Assembly (NCBI GenBank): GCA_002189035.1
Contig: NEEC01000008.1
Coordinates: forward strand, 2,666,001-2,730,000
DNA from: Utricularia gibba
Lineage: Eukaryota > Plantae > Magnoliophyta
Length of the DNA: 64,000 bases
Direction of reading: 5' to 3'
Numbering within the stretch: the first letter of the stretch is position 1; each line of letters starts with the position of its first letter. Positions 13,501-26,158 of the stretch are shown piece after piece. Position numbers and translations under genes: made by a program. The notes below the pieces were generated by a model, which was given only the letters and a program-made list of their open reading frames with translations, was not told where the DNA came from and made no database searches.

Positions 13501-16500
13501 TAGAATCTGTACTAATAACTCACAATCAAGTAATTGAAACATGCATCTCAACGCAATGCCACACAAGAAACCTCAAAACCACATCCAACATGCCTCCCCA
13601 TGAAAGTGAAAGATGTTAATGACATCAGGATTCATCACTTTTCACACTTACAGAATTGTATCCACAAATGCCCCTTCCACATGATGCATTTCAAGTCTAT
13701 CCGCAGAATCTGACTCAGTTCTCAACTTGTTAACCTAGAGCCAAACAAAAGGGTTAAAAAACTAGAGTGGAAATCATAACCCCAAGCCAAGAGACCTTGT
13801 AATTTCCTTTACATGTATTGGATATTCCTGGAAATAAATAAGACTTTAATGACAGACCAATCTCATACATTACTCAAAAACTGAAAAGCCATCAGAACTC
13901 CATAGTTCTCCTTGATGAAGTTGAAAAGACGTATTTCCTGTCAAAAACACACCAAAAAAACAGAAGGTCAAACTGATATGCAACTAACAGAATAACCACT
14001 GAAGGACGTTGAGAACCAAAAATCAATAAAAAGAGAATTACAAGAACTAGATATTACCAAATCAGCAATGTCTTCATGGTCATTCTTTCTGTCAGAATCT
14101 GGAAATTCAACGTTGTTGGCTTCAATCTTCTCAACAGATTTCGAAGAGTAGAATATGACCCCCAACCTCATAGGATAATTATTTTCAAACAATGAAATAA
14201 TCATGTCAACTGTCTGCACGACCAAAGTCACAAAATAAGAGGTCTATTTGCATCATAAAAGGAGCATTAAAGTTTACCAAGGTGAAAACATGCCTCAAGT
14301 CCACAAGGAGAAGCAGGATCTAAAATGTAAACTGCATGGAACAGGTTTTTACGAATATATCGTAATTGTCCAGGGAACACCGGCATCAAAAGCTAAAAAA
14401 TGATATCACAAATATGTAAGTTGATAATTTATCAAATTTTTTGATGTCGTACCAATGAAAATAAGTACCTCATTTAAGTTGCTCCTCCAACGTTTATACA
14501 TTGCATCAACTTCTAAGTTATTGATGTAGTGAACATGCACTGAACGAAAATCAACACGAGGAGCAAACGATTCTGAAGGGGATAAAACTGAAAGCAATTT
14601 TTTCACAACGCCTGAGGGAATCTAGGATTTTAAGAAGAGTTTATGTCAGTAAAAAATGTAAGGTACTGGTGAATCCAAATCAACATTTTTCTTAATAGGA
14701 CTCATCAAATAGCAATACACAATATACGACAGACAAAATTGAGTAGATATCAATACCCAGACAACAAAAAAAAACAAGCTATGTTTATTTTACTGCTAAT
14801 AATTGATAAATATGTCTATCAATATGTCATTGCATTCACACTAGTTTGAATCTTATCACCCTAATTCCTTCTTACCAAAATAGTTGCATTCTGCCTAGCA
14901 ATTAGCATATGCTCATGAGCATACGTATGATAAATGAAGTTGTGGTCAACTGTGAAAAATGTAGGCAGTGATATACAAAAAGGGAAACACTATAATTGGC
15001 TCGTTCAATTATTTCAGAAAGGAAATCTTTGGTGCAAATAAAAACCTGACATCTTTCATTCTATATTTCATACCTTTAGTTTCGTGTACTGTTCAGCCAA
15101 TGATAACTCCTGATGAACCAAGCCAAGCATCCTTTATGCACGGAAATAAGAAAATGAGGAAAAGAGTAAATGATGATACTATACGATTACGCATCGCACA
15201 AGCATAACAAGATAAATATTTAACAAAAAGAGGAGGACCTATCAACATCAAACAGGTTGATACGTTTTAACGCGGCATTTGATGCCCCCTCCACTATCCC
15301 AAGAGGGGTCTAACATGAAATCCAAAAGAAACTACAACAAGGGCAGTTGATAGAAAATATTACAGATAGATGTCAACATCTTCAATGTCAATCAGAGCGC
15401 CATTCAAAGCCATTAAGGACTTTCCAGGAGGTATCATTCGCTGATTTGAAATAATTTCATCTTTGATGGATTCATTCAGCTGCAGAATATGTACAACTGT
15501 GCGTTCAAAAATGTTCCAAATAGGTTTTGAAGGCATCCATATCAACCAAAAACATCATACCTTTGTACGAGATATCAAAGACACAATACTAGGGAAATTT
15601 TGACTGATTTCTTGCATCGTCTGCAGAGGATTAGATGCATGCAGTATTCTCTGAGCCGTCTGGTGTCCTAAATCTGCATAACAAAACAGAGTACATGACC
15701 AAAAGTGTGATAAATTTTAATCTTATAGAGAATTGCTTAAGCAGCATTCTAGGTAATACCCTTGAGTTCCCACACATCTAGGGTATCAGAAATAGTAGAT
15801 GATAACAGGTGGTCCCTGAAAGCCATTATCTCAGCATTTTTCCCTGGTCTGCGCTCCTGCATGGATGTGGACATGTACTAGCCACGTATGACAGGGAAAC
15901 CATAGAAGTCCTAATGGAATTTTCCGTAACTTTATCTAACATTACATGTAAAAGCTTTATCTTTAATAATAACATATTTGTTCTAAATTCTTTTAGAGAA
16001 AATACACTGATTACTTTTCTCCTGATCATACATCAATATTAGGGAACGTAAAATATTAATATTTGAAAAGTAATAGGAGCCAACAATTGCACGGGTTCAC
16101 TCTTGTGCACAAAGCTTGCAGCTCATAGAGCTCAATCCCTTTCTCCAGACTTGTAAGATAACATTAGCTTAAGACAAATGACACTATTTAAGAACTTTCA
16201 CCACAAGGAAGGCCTCAAGTGTAGTATATGGTTATTTTAAAAGCCAAAATGTTTCTTGTTCAAGAATTACGTGAATTTTTGGAATGATGTGCAATATATT
16301 AATGCAACAAACCAGAATTTTGGAGAAAATGAATCCCTTGACATCTTGGCTAAGATCTTCCGTGAGAGGATCTTCAAGAATTGCGCCTGATATGAGACAA
16401 ACTCCAGTATGAATGCTAACGAAAAAGGAGCATGATCTAATCACGCAATCATCCATAGGCAAAAAGTCAGAGAGAAAAAGTTAATGTTATTGATAAGGAA

Positions 16501-18050
16501 AAAATCACAACAATCTGACCTTTTTTTATAGAACTATCATCCATAGCCTTATATTCCATATTTTTAAGTGCAAGCTCCACACCATAGCCACCAAGGTGTA
16601 GAGGCTCTCCAGAACCAACTGCTCCACACACGGAGCTTTCAGATTCACATCCCACCGGCAATACAGATCTGACTACATATTTTACCTTTCCCTAGAGGAA
16701 TAGAGATAGTAAGCGTCTGAAAATATCAATAATTGGATATACAAACATAAAAAAAAAAGAAAAAAAAACATGAAAGGGCATAAGAAACGAAATTCATGTA
16801 CAGAAGCTTTCTTGGGAATAAAATTGCAAACAAACCCACTTTTATGAAAACCATAGATTGCCCAGAAAAGAACTACAAAATGCATGATTCACACCAGTTT
16901 CACAGCTTCGGACAAAGCTAGGTGAAACTCCTCAAAGCATTTAGTCCCAAGAGCTCCATAAAGAACAGCTGTTGGACTTGCAAGTGCTGAATCTGGGTGG
17001 ACATGGTCAAACTCAAATACTTCAAGTCGATGGGCTGCTCCATGACTTCAGAGAAAAAAATCATAATTTTCATTACACTCGAATCAACAATCTTCCAGGA
17101 CAAGAGATCATATATACGATTTCTCAATGTAAGGAGGTTACTAAATGTAGGACTTACACAGCATCAGGATTTTGAAGCCATGTCCGCAACTCTGATACCT
17201 CAAGAAATAAAGAACTCCCTGTATCAACCCAGCAACATCTTGCCTGAGGCTTAACACCGTGCCCATTTTTTGTGCTAGAGACGATTTCATCATCCAAAGG
17301 AAAAGATGACAGAGACTCCTCAGCTAACTGCCGATACAAAACTAACCTAGGAGAGGCTGCCCTAAGAGTAAGAGAAAACTCAAAAAGAGATGCTAAAGGC
17401 TCGCTTATAAGTGCTCGTCCATGAGCCAAAATTTTGTTCAGACAATCTTTTGCTGAACTGGATTTGCTGCCTGAACTCTCAGCATAAATCCATGAATCAA
17501 CAAAATCCCAGAAAATGTCTTTCCATTCCTTGGAGATCAATTCCCTGACACATGCAAAAACAATCATGCAATAACCTAGGATGCAGCTGATACTTGTCTA
17601 CTAGATTATCAACTTAAGCACCCAAAATTGCACATATGCATATAGAAAAAAGTTATGATGTTGGAAAAGGTTCAGTTTTTTAAACATGTATGCTTCGTCA
17701 ATCCAAGCTCCACTCTCCAGAAATGGTGTAATGACCAAGATTGGACCTTTAAGGTCCTAAGAAAATGAATTCACAGAATACGAGACAACACAAGGTTAAA
17801 AACCAAACACCACCCAACGTTGAAGTTCAACGATGATAAAAAAGAAAAAAAAAACACTGCACAGGCTAATGAGAAAACTTGATCTGAGAACGTACCCCGC
17901 CTCCAAAAGAATGGGAGTGCCAGACCACTTAGCTCTGAGAGCCACCTGCACATTCTTCGGCGACCGGCTCTGTGAAGACGCCCCAGAAATACAACCACAG
18001 AGAATAACAAAAAGAAAGAAGCAGAACCCAAATCTCATTCGGATTCCCAT
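7536..18050 (-). CDS. UGGT: UDP-glucose:glycoprotein glucosyltransferase (GT24); one apparent 1-nt deletion at 8412-8415
   Basis: Signal peptide followed by [23 protein letters not shown]. Many GT-AG exons. Catalytic-domain motifs [38 protein letters not shown] and [19 protein letters not shown]-like. C-terminus ...ESKSEL* (ER-retention-like). Confidence 0.96.
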
Positions 18051-18414
18051 TCAAAGAATCCTGATAAATCTGGGCGCACGACGTTATCTGATCAGAACAT
18101 CCCAAATTCCCAAGAACAGCAAAAAAGAACAATGATTTTCCGGCTCTCCTCGTTCGTTCCAAGAACAGAGTCGGAACAATGGAAGACTCGGGCTTCAGCG
18201 TTCAGACTCAACAGTGTTGTTGTGGTAGGGTGGGTAAATTAAAGAACATTCCAAGGGTAAAGTAGTCATAAAAAATTGATTGACTTCCCGACTGCACACC
18301 GCACGGTCTACTGCAATTATACCATAAACTATAAAATTAAAACTGTCCGTGCAATTCAGAAGTATCATTTTTTTTCTAATGTTTTAAATCACAAAAAAAT
18401 TATTAAAAATTCAC

Positions 18415-18480
18415 AACCTAAAACGATTCAATCACGATTTTATCGAATTTATCTCAATATCTATTACGAACGATTTCATA
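18415..18480. repeat. Second copy (inverted) of the AATCGTGA-type AT-rich repeat
   Basis: aaacgattcaatcacgatttt reverse-complements to the motif at about 3400-3420. Confidence 0.35.
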
Positions 18481-18811
18481 ATTTTTTTAAATATTGATTA
18501 TTTCCACAATAACATTATTATATTGAATAACGACCATTTTATTGTAAAAAGATTAAAAAGTAATTAAATAATTAATTTGAAAATATTATTCTCTAAAATA
18601 CAAATGTAATATAAATGTTTAAATAAAACCAGCACACCTATTACTTGATCATCGTACCATGACAAAACGGCACGAGGGCCTTGGGCTCATGTGAGACGAG
18701 AGGCGATCAGCATCTTGAAAGGCAGGAAATTACCTCGAGAGAAGGTTTTAGACTCTCTTGGCTTCAAAAAAGCAATTGTGATTGGAAAAGGATCCCCTGG
18801 ATTCAACAAAG

Positions 18812-21479
18812 CTATGATTTTGAAGGTGGAAGTTGGTCTCTGAGAAAGGGAACCTCCACCAGTGTACCAGTTACTTCATCTACAGTAACGGAATCTCCTT
18901 CTGATGCAACCTTCTTCTTGATATATCCTAATCCAAAAGGCCCAGATGCTTTGGTGCCAGAGGTGAAGCTTGTCAGCTTACCCACCTGTAAGGGCATCAA
19001 CATAGAAATGTATAACATCATCAGAGATAGGGGATATGCATGGATTTATACTCACTTTTAAGGCAGTACCGGTCAGTGGTGCAATTGTAAAGATGATTAC
19101 ATGCAAATGGCCATGTTTGTTTTCTTGAGAGGAGGTAGCTTTTCACAAGTGTAAAAGAACATGGAATGGTAACCGAATGAAAATATGATGCCAGTCACCT
19201 TCTTCCCATCCATTGTAATTACACTGCCTGGCTCTACTGGTGAAGATAGGCGCACACCCATAATCTCTGTTTGATTCCATCATAAGTTACAAGCCTTGAG
19301 ATGGTCTCTTGTCCTTTATAACATCCTGAAAAATAGGTGCTCAGCAGTATGCAATCATGTCATGCCCGACAAACAAAAGTTGATATGGAAGACCTTTGTT
19401 TAATGAGACTGTTCTCCATAGATGTGCCTCTAAAACATTGAATTCGTCCGTGAGTTCTTTTCCAGGAGCTGGTCTTCCTGAAGAATTTGGACAAACGTAG
19501 CAAGCATACCGAATTTAAATAAATTGAAAGTTGGAGGCACCCAAAAGAGACCAGAGTTAACTACTTTTGAAAATCAAAATGCACATGAATGCAGAAGAAA
19601 TGCGTATGGTGGATCTATTACCTTGAAGAATCCTCAATGTCTCCCATGCACTGGGACTCATTGGCACTACACCATGAGCTAGGAGAGCTTTCCAGACTGG
19701 TTCAGCTGCTGGAGGTGACATAAGAAATGTGAATCCGTCTGTTGAAAGAATACTTCCTACTGAAACGGTAACTGGCATCCCAGCAACCTGCAAAAAGGAA
19801 AAAAAAACACTTCCATAAGCATCTTATAAGTTACAAATAAAAAGTTAATCATCCCAGCGACAGATCACTCAAGAAAGGGGAACTGTGGAACCAGTGAATT
19901 AGATTCACATTTTTATTGTAAATAGACCAAAACAACGTACACTGTAATGTTTATGACAGCCATAAGGTTGTGCAGAAAGATCTTCAAGATTTAGCTTCTT
20001 TATTACCTGTGTGCATGTCATAATTAAGGGCACGGGAATGAAAGTGAAAGGAAAGAACGCCTTTTTACTTGGTTAAAACCTTGACAGACCTCTCTGGCTT
20101 TGGGTCCATACAATGCAAACATCCTAGTCTGACTAGATATATCTTGAATTTCCACTTTGTCTGAGAAAAAAATGTACCTGCAATAAAATGATCATTGATA
20201 AGCAAACACAATCCTTGGTGGCTTCCATAGCTTGACAGAACCATATTCAATGGGAAGCATGTTTCATGCTTTGTGGCAGATTAAAGATACAGAATGCGCA
20301 CTTCTCTAGCATTTCGGTTAGGTTCCTACAAGTTGTTGGTGAGACCACCATCACAACCGCATTTTTCTGTAGGCATGAATGTGAAAAGGACTACTTCAGA
20401 AGAAGTTCACAGAAGGTGTACAGTTCAAGGAGCAAGGAATTACCATGATCCATGCATGCGAAATATCAATTGTCCGTGCAGTTGGGGTCACAAAAACTGT
20501 ATCACATCCCTAAAGTATATTCACAATGAACGATATCAAAAAAATAAAAGACATGACAAATTTAATTCATCTCCAAAAGGATTAGGGAAAAAATTGGACA
20601 AGCACTATTGAACTACCTGGCCTTCTCCAAGACATTCGAAGTTTGCTGTGGTTTGGTTTTGCAGAAATTGGATTCTATCTTCACCACTGACTTCAAAAGA
20701 AAACAAGAATCGAGGGTGTAATGTTTGACTGTGGCATTCTCCAACACTATAGCACTTTTGAGGATTCATTTCATGCTACTTCCATTCCAAGACTTTTTCG
20801 GATAAACAGAAAAGAAATCTTATACATATTCGTTTCCACAGAAAAGTTACCCCTTATGCGGCCATAATCTGAAAGGTCCACAACCTGAACACCCCAATAC
20901 CATCATGAAAAAAAGAGAGTAAGGTAGGCAACAAGTCAATATTAATCCCTGAATCTTCGTATTACAGAAAACAAATATAAGAAGTGCATACCACAGCAGA
21001 ATGATCGGCAGCATTCAAAGTCTCCTCGTCATTTTCATACATATTTATTCTGTGTTCTGATTCTTCTGCTTCATTAATCATAGTCTCCTGACATGGAAAT
21101 AACATATCGTCAGAAAAAAAATGACTTCTGACAGAGGAAATTGAAAAACACACACCTTCTAAGAGAAAGAAATACAGTGGCGTCTATCAATTTATTTAGG
21201 AAGAAGAAAATGCAAGAACGAACATAATTCCATTTGATGAATTAACGAATGAGCAGGAAAGCTTACAAGCGGATCATCAATGGGAGGAGGAGAAAGATCG
21301 AAGGGCAATGCACAGCATTGAGAGAGCGGCTTCATACTCGCCTTCTGGCGACACTGGAACACGATGTTTCGGTACTTCCGGCACGGTGGCGCCGGAGCGG
21401 CCTGCCGTACAGTGCAAGCACAACGAACGGAAGCTGGCAGAGAAGCCACCATCGTCATCGCATAATCTGCAAATGTCAA
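18812..21479 (-). CDS. IBA57.2: Plastid YgfZ/COG0354 folate-binding aminomethyltransferase-like protein (At1g60990-like, Fe-S cluster maturation)
   Basis: Transit-peptide-like N-terminus, then PFDLSPPPID, VVDLSDYGRIRVSGEDR and GCDTVFVTPTART. The signature KGCYKGQE spans the intron near 19330-19395. C-terminus GLGYIKKK...EVPFL. The start may be the ATG at 21479 or 21458. Confidence 0.92.
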
Positions 21480-21506
21480 CAGTCTGTGAAATTAAATGAT
21501 GAAAAT

Positions 21507-21563
21507 TGGGCTAATACATCCATATATAAAAGCCCATCTGACGCTTCACAAAAAAAAAGCCCA
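21507..21563. promoter_or_regulatory. Compact bidirectional promoter (site II motifs plus TATATAAA)
   Basis: TGGGCT 21507, TATATAAA 21523, AGCCCA 21531 and 21558, lying between divergent ATGs at 21479(-) and 21621(+). Confidence 0.55.
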
Positions 21564-21620
21564 CTATTTGTTTCTCCAGTCTCCACTGCAAATTTTTGGG
21601 GCGATCGACTTTCTGAGAAA

Positions 21621-23289
21621 ATGAGAAATCAGGCGGCTGTGGGATGGATTTCTGCAATCGTATGCTTCATCATACTGATGTTGGTGACGCCAGCTATTCC
21701 TCAGTCCCAGGAGTACCATAATTTTGCCGATGGGCGTGAATTTTTCGGTAATTTAATTTCTTGGTTATGTTTTGTTTAACTTCGTCTGGCTTCTACTTGC
21801 TGGAATCGAGTATAGAGCATACATTCGTTTTTCAGTTTCTTGCTTCGGGTGCTGAAAATGATTCACATGTTTTTTTTGTTTTCCTTTCAGGGATACCGAA
21901 TACGTTGAACGTGATCTCGAACTTCCCCTTTCTCGTCATAGGGCTTGTAGGCTTTGTGCTTACCAATTATAGGAACTACTTTAATCTGAGGTGTGACTGA
22001 GTTCAAAATGGTGTGGTCTTGTTTTTTTCCTGGTGTTGCTTGAGAAATAATTGCTTATATTATATATTTCCATGCAAAGCTTGCCAGGGGAACGATGGGG
22101 CTGGTCATTCTTCTTCATTGGAGTAGCTGCTGTTGCTTTTGGTTCGTCCTATTATCATTTGAAGCCGAATGATGATCGGTTAGTTTGGGACCGTTTGCCG
22201 GTAAGGTTCCGATGAAAATTGAATATTGTGTCATGATTTGCTTCTCTATGTTTTGTTGTTTTGAGCCATTTATGCTGGTGTATCTTTGAATGTGATAGAT
22301 GACTGTGGCGTTTACATCTATAGTAGCAATCTTCATCATTGAGCGAGTAGATTCAAAACAGGGTACATGGTCCATCATTCCCCTTGTTTTGGTGGGTGTA
22401 ATCAGCATTCTGTATTGGAGGTAAGCTTTATGATTGTACATGACGGATTCTAAGACTTGATTAGAACTACTACGGCTTGTTTTAGATGGTCGCATTAGTT
22501 TTTCAGCTTAAGAACTATTGTTTGGTGGCCCGATTTTATAGGTTTTTCAATGATCTCCGTCCATATGCTCTGGTCCAGTTTGTTCCCTGCATTGCAATTC
22601 CTCTGATGGCAATCCTGCTGCCCCCAATGTACTCCCATTCAACTTATTGGCTTTGGGCCGCAGGTATCTGTTGTTAGGATGCTGAACTTGAATTTATCAC
22701 TGTCAAGGTCATGAAATTTTGATTGTATTTTCAGGTTTTTATCTTCTAGCCAAAATTGAAGAAGCGATTGACCGAGCCATTTTCAATTTCACTCATGATA
22801 TTGTGAGCGGTCACACACTGAAACATTTATGTGCTGCGATGGTTCCAATATTCCTTGCGATCATGCTTGCGAAAAGGGTTGTATCAGAGGAAAGGTACTG
22901 TTTGTATAGTAATATGCTTCCTTACTAGTCAATGCTTGAAAGCCAGTAACATTCCATGACAAACTTAGCCATTTCCCATGGTGCTTTTTTAGTTGTGAAA
23001 TCTGTAATGCAGCATGCATAACCTGCTAACTTGGAATTCCCTATTCACTTGAATAGGGATTAACAAAGAAATTTTTGAATTGTATGTACAGATTTTACAG
23101 TATGTCTACTATGTTTTGATCATCCATGATATAATGTTATCAACTCTTCTGAGTGATGCTGCCTTTGATTTCAGGCAGAGTTTGCTGCATGTATGGCGAA
23201 TATCATGGCGCAACTTCAAAGAAAGTAGAAGGGGTGAGGAGAATGTCTCGTGTTCTTATACTACCATCTCACTCGATGAAAGGGATTAG
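21621..23289 (+). CDS. SAG18: Ceramidase-family membrane protein, senescence-associated gene 18-like (At1g71190)
   Basis: TPAIPQSQEYHNFAD, IPNTLNVISNFPFL, GSSYYHLKPNDDRLVWDRLP, DLRPYALVQFVPC and VSGHTLKH in GT-AG exons. Stop TAG at 23287-23289. Confidence 0.9.
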
Positions 23290-23381
23290 TGACTGTACCT
23301 GGTCCATGTGTAGAGTTTATGTACAGTTAAACAGTGATTAATGCTGGAATTACCGTATAGTAAAAAAGATGCTTACATCTT

Positions 23382-23466
23382 GGGGTGGTGGCGCAGTTGG
23401 CTAGCGCGTAGGTCTCATAGCTTCTGAGTTATCCTGAGGTCGAGAGTTCGAGCCTCTCTCACCCCA
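23382..23466 (+). tRNA. trnM-CAT: tRNA-Met(CAT), elongator, with an 11-nt intron (23420-23430)
   Basis: GGGGTGG...CCACCCCA-type acceptor stem, D-arm GCGCAGTTGGCTAGCGC, anticodon loop CTCATA, intron GCTTCTGAGTT, GTTCGAG T-loop and a downstream T-run terminator. Plant elongator Met tRNAs are known to carry introns. Confidence 0.97.
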
Positions 23467-23640
23467 TTCTCCTTTTTGTTTTTTGCTTCTCCCCTCTACG
23501 GATTATTCATGTTTAAAAATTATAAAAAAACGACTTTCTAAAAAAAAAAATAGATAAATAACTTTGGAACTAAAACCCTGGAGGCCTGGACTGAAAGTTG
23601 CAGACTCGAACTGCAAACCCCCTCTCCGCCGCTGCGACCG

Positions 23641-25496
23641 ATGGCTCTTCGCTCTCTGCGCCTCACCTCCTACCTCCGCCGCGCTACCAAATTTTCCTCC
23701 TCTGTTCTCCGCCATAACCCTCTAATTCAACCGGAGCCGGATTCTTTCCGGTCCTCGGCCATCATTTCTCCTTCCTTTTCTTCACGGATCAACCGCCCAT
23801 TCACCTCAACGACTTCCCTCTTCAGGAAGATTTTCGATCCAGATACGGATGAAATTGGACCGGATACAATTCTTTTTGAAGGCTGTGACTACAATCATTG
23901 GCTAATAACCATGGATTTTCCGAAGGATAACCCGCCCACACGAGAGCAAATGATTGAAACATATGTCAATACGGCTGCACAAGTTTTCGGCAGGTAAAAA
24001 AAGAAAAAAAATGTTTTTTTTCCCTCAGATGGCGTGTCATGTGCTGTTTGTATATTTTGTAAAATCATTACCCATTTGTTCTGTGTACTTAATGAGTTCC
24101 TTTTGGGGGAAAGTTTCGATCTTGAAATGTTAGAATGGTGTTCATTTAAGTTCTTAGAGACAGTATTACCGGAATTTCAGCCATACCCCTCTTGTTTTCC
24201 TGGTTTGATTTCCATTTAGGTGAACGCTGCAACTGAAGAAATTACTTTCTGATCAATGTTCGTATCTTTTCTTGCTGCGTCACTTCATTAGAATGTTCCT
24301 TAGCTCTCTAAAATTCGCAGTGCTGAATCCTGCTGTTGATGGGATGACCTGTGTAACAAGGTCATTATTTTAGTTCAGTTTTGGAATAGAAATGATTCTC
24401 ATGGTTTGATTCGCACCATATGTTTTAGGGTGACCCGCGTATCTAAATGCCTCGCATTCATTGATGATTTTGCTTTTACCCATTTTTCCTCAGCGTAGAA
24501 GAAGCCAAGAAAAAAATATATGCTCTGAGTACAACAACATATCAAGGTTTTCAGGTTGAGTGCAGCGAAGAAACGTCGAATAAGTTTCAGCGTATGCTTT
24601 CTGTAACCTTGTCTAGCAGCTACGTAGATAGAATAGTAAGGACTAAATTAACGCTGAGCCTCATCCTTCTCATCTTCATCAGAACTTCCTGGAGTTGTCT
24701 TCGTGTTGCCAGATTCTTACATTGATCCGGTCAATAAGGAATATGGAGGTGAGTTTACAGTTTCAAACACCACAATCCATTCCGAATGTATAGAGACGGT
24801 TTATGGTGTTCCAAAACGCCGTCTCTCTGATTTGCAGGTGACAAATATGTCAATGGAGAAATTTTCCCAAGACCTCCCCCGGTTCATTATGGACGACGAA
24901 CTGACCGGCGGAGAGAACGGAACTATGGACCAGCACAGCAAAACTATCCTTACCAGTCTACGCAGCAAAACCACAGTTCTCAGCAGCAGCACTACGAGAG
25001 CCAGCCACCACAGCAGCAGAATCCGCCCCAGCAAGCAAACTACAGACCACCCGTTCAACAGGGTTACTCCCCAACACCGCAGCAGAATTACGCTCCATCT
25101 CAGCAGCAGAGCTACACTTCACACCAGCCGCAGAACTTCAGTCCTCCGCAGCAGCATTATGGTGCAGCACAGCAACCTACTTATGGACAACCTCCGCCAA
25201 AGAACTACGGATCTCCGCCTCAGTGGAACTACAATCCATCTCAGCCACCACGACCGAATTACGGGGCACATCCACAGCCTACTTATGGGGGCCATCAGCA
25301 GCAGAACTACCCACCTCAGGCCCAGCAAGGCTACGGGTTTCCGCCACAACAACACGGTCATGTGCCTCCGCAACAGCCAAGCTATGAACCACCCAACCAA
25401 AGTTATCGTCCATCTGTTGAAAGAAATCAGGACCCGCCACAAGTGCCTCATGCTCAAGGATCTGAGTCTGAAGGATTTAAACGTGGTGGCAACTGA
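23641..25496 (+). CDS. MORF1: Multiple organellar RNA editing factor, MORF1-like (mitochondrial)
   Basis: Presequence, then the MORF box [19 protein letters not shown] | [21 protein letters not shown] | [21 protein letters not shown] | GDKY. Last exon about 24839-25496 encodes a long Q/P/Y-rich tail, TGA at 25494-25496. Confidence 0.93.
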
Positions 25497-25709
25497 AAAC
25501 TTGTAAAATGTTAGAGGTGATCATCATGTGCAGCATCACATAGAGAGCTGTGTTCTAGTGTGTTGGTTGGTACTCTTCAAGTTTTCTCGCTTAAATTAAA
25601 TCTGTGTTAACCTTGCCACTTGAAACGTAGGTCTGCTATGTGGAGGAATATTATTCACCGATTTTGTTTTATAGGATCCATAAAGATGTTTGACTTTATT
25701 AAATACGTT

Positions 25710-25783
25710 GACCGCATAGCGCAGTGGATTAGCGCGTCTGACTTCGGATCAGAAGGTCGTGGGTTCGACTCCCACTGTGGTCG
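25710..25783 (+). tRNA. trnR-TCG: tRNA-Arg(TCG)
   Basis: GACCGCA/TGTGGTC acceptor stem, anticodon loop CTTCGGA, GGTTCGACTCCC T-arm and a T-run terminator near 25802. Confidence 0.97.
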
Positions 25784-26158
25784 CTATTCGTTTACCATCT
25801 CTTTTTTTTGATCAATCCTGCCCTCTTGAAAGAGGCATTATTCTGCCGACGGTAGTCATTTTGCCCTCCCAGGGATTAGGAACCTGAGGTGCTTGAAAAA
25901 ACATAGTTCAAACTGCAATTATCCAGGCCTCATGACACAGTGGAACCACCCCTTGTCATTGCTCCTTGAGATTGTATATTGTGCTGCGCTGTGTCCATTG
26001 GCAAATATGAATATTTTCCACTTGTTTGTTACATCTAACAGTACTCAGTACGCCATTTTTAGGTTTTGTCAACAGGGAATGCCAAAGGAGCAACACCTCT
26101 GGAGATAATGGAGAATGGTGTGAGAAAATTACACCGTAGAAGAAACAGATTACGTCAC

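Noticed and set aside
24703-25506. 267-aa ORF from the track
   Set aside because: Wrong frame after the intron at about 24749-24838; the real MORF1 last exon is in a different frame (Q/P/Y-rich).
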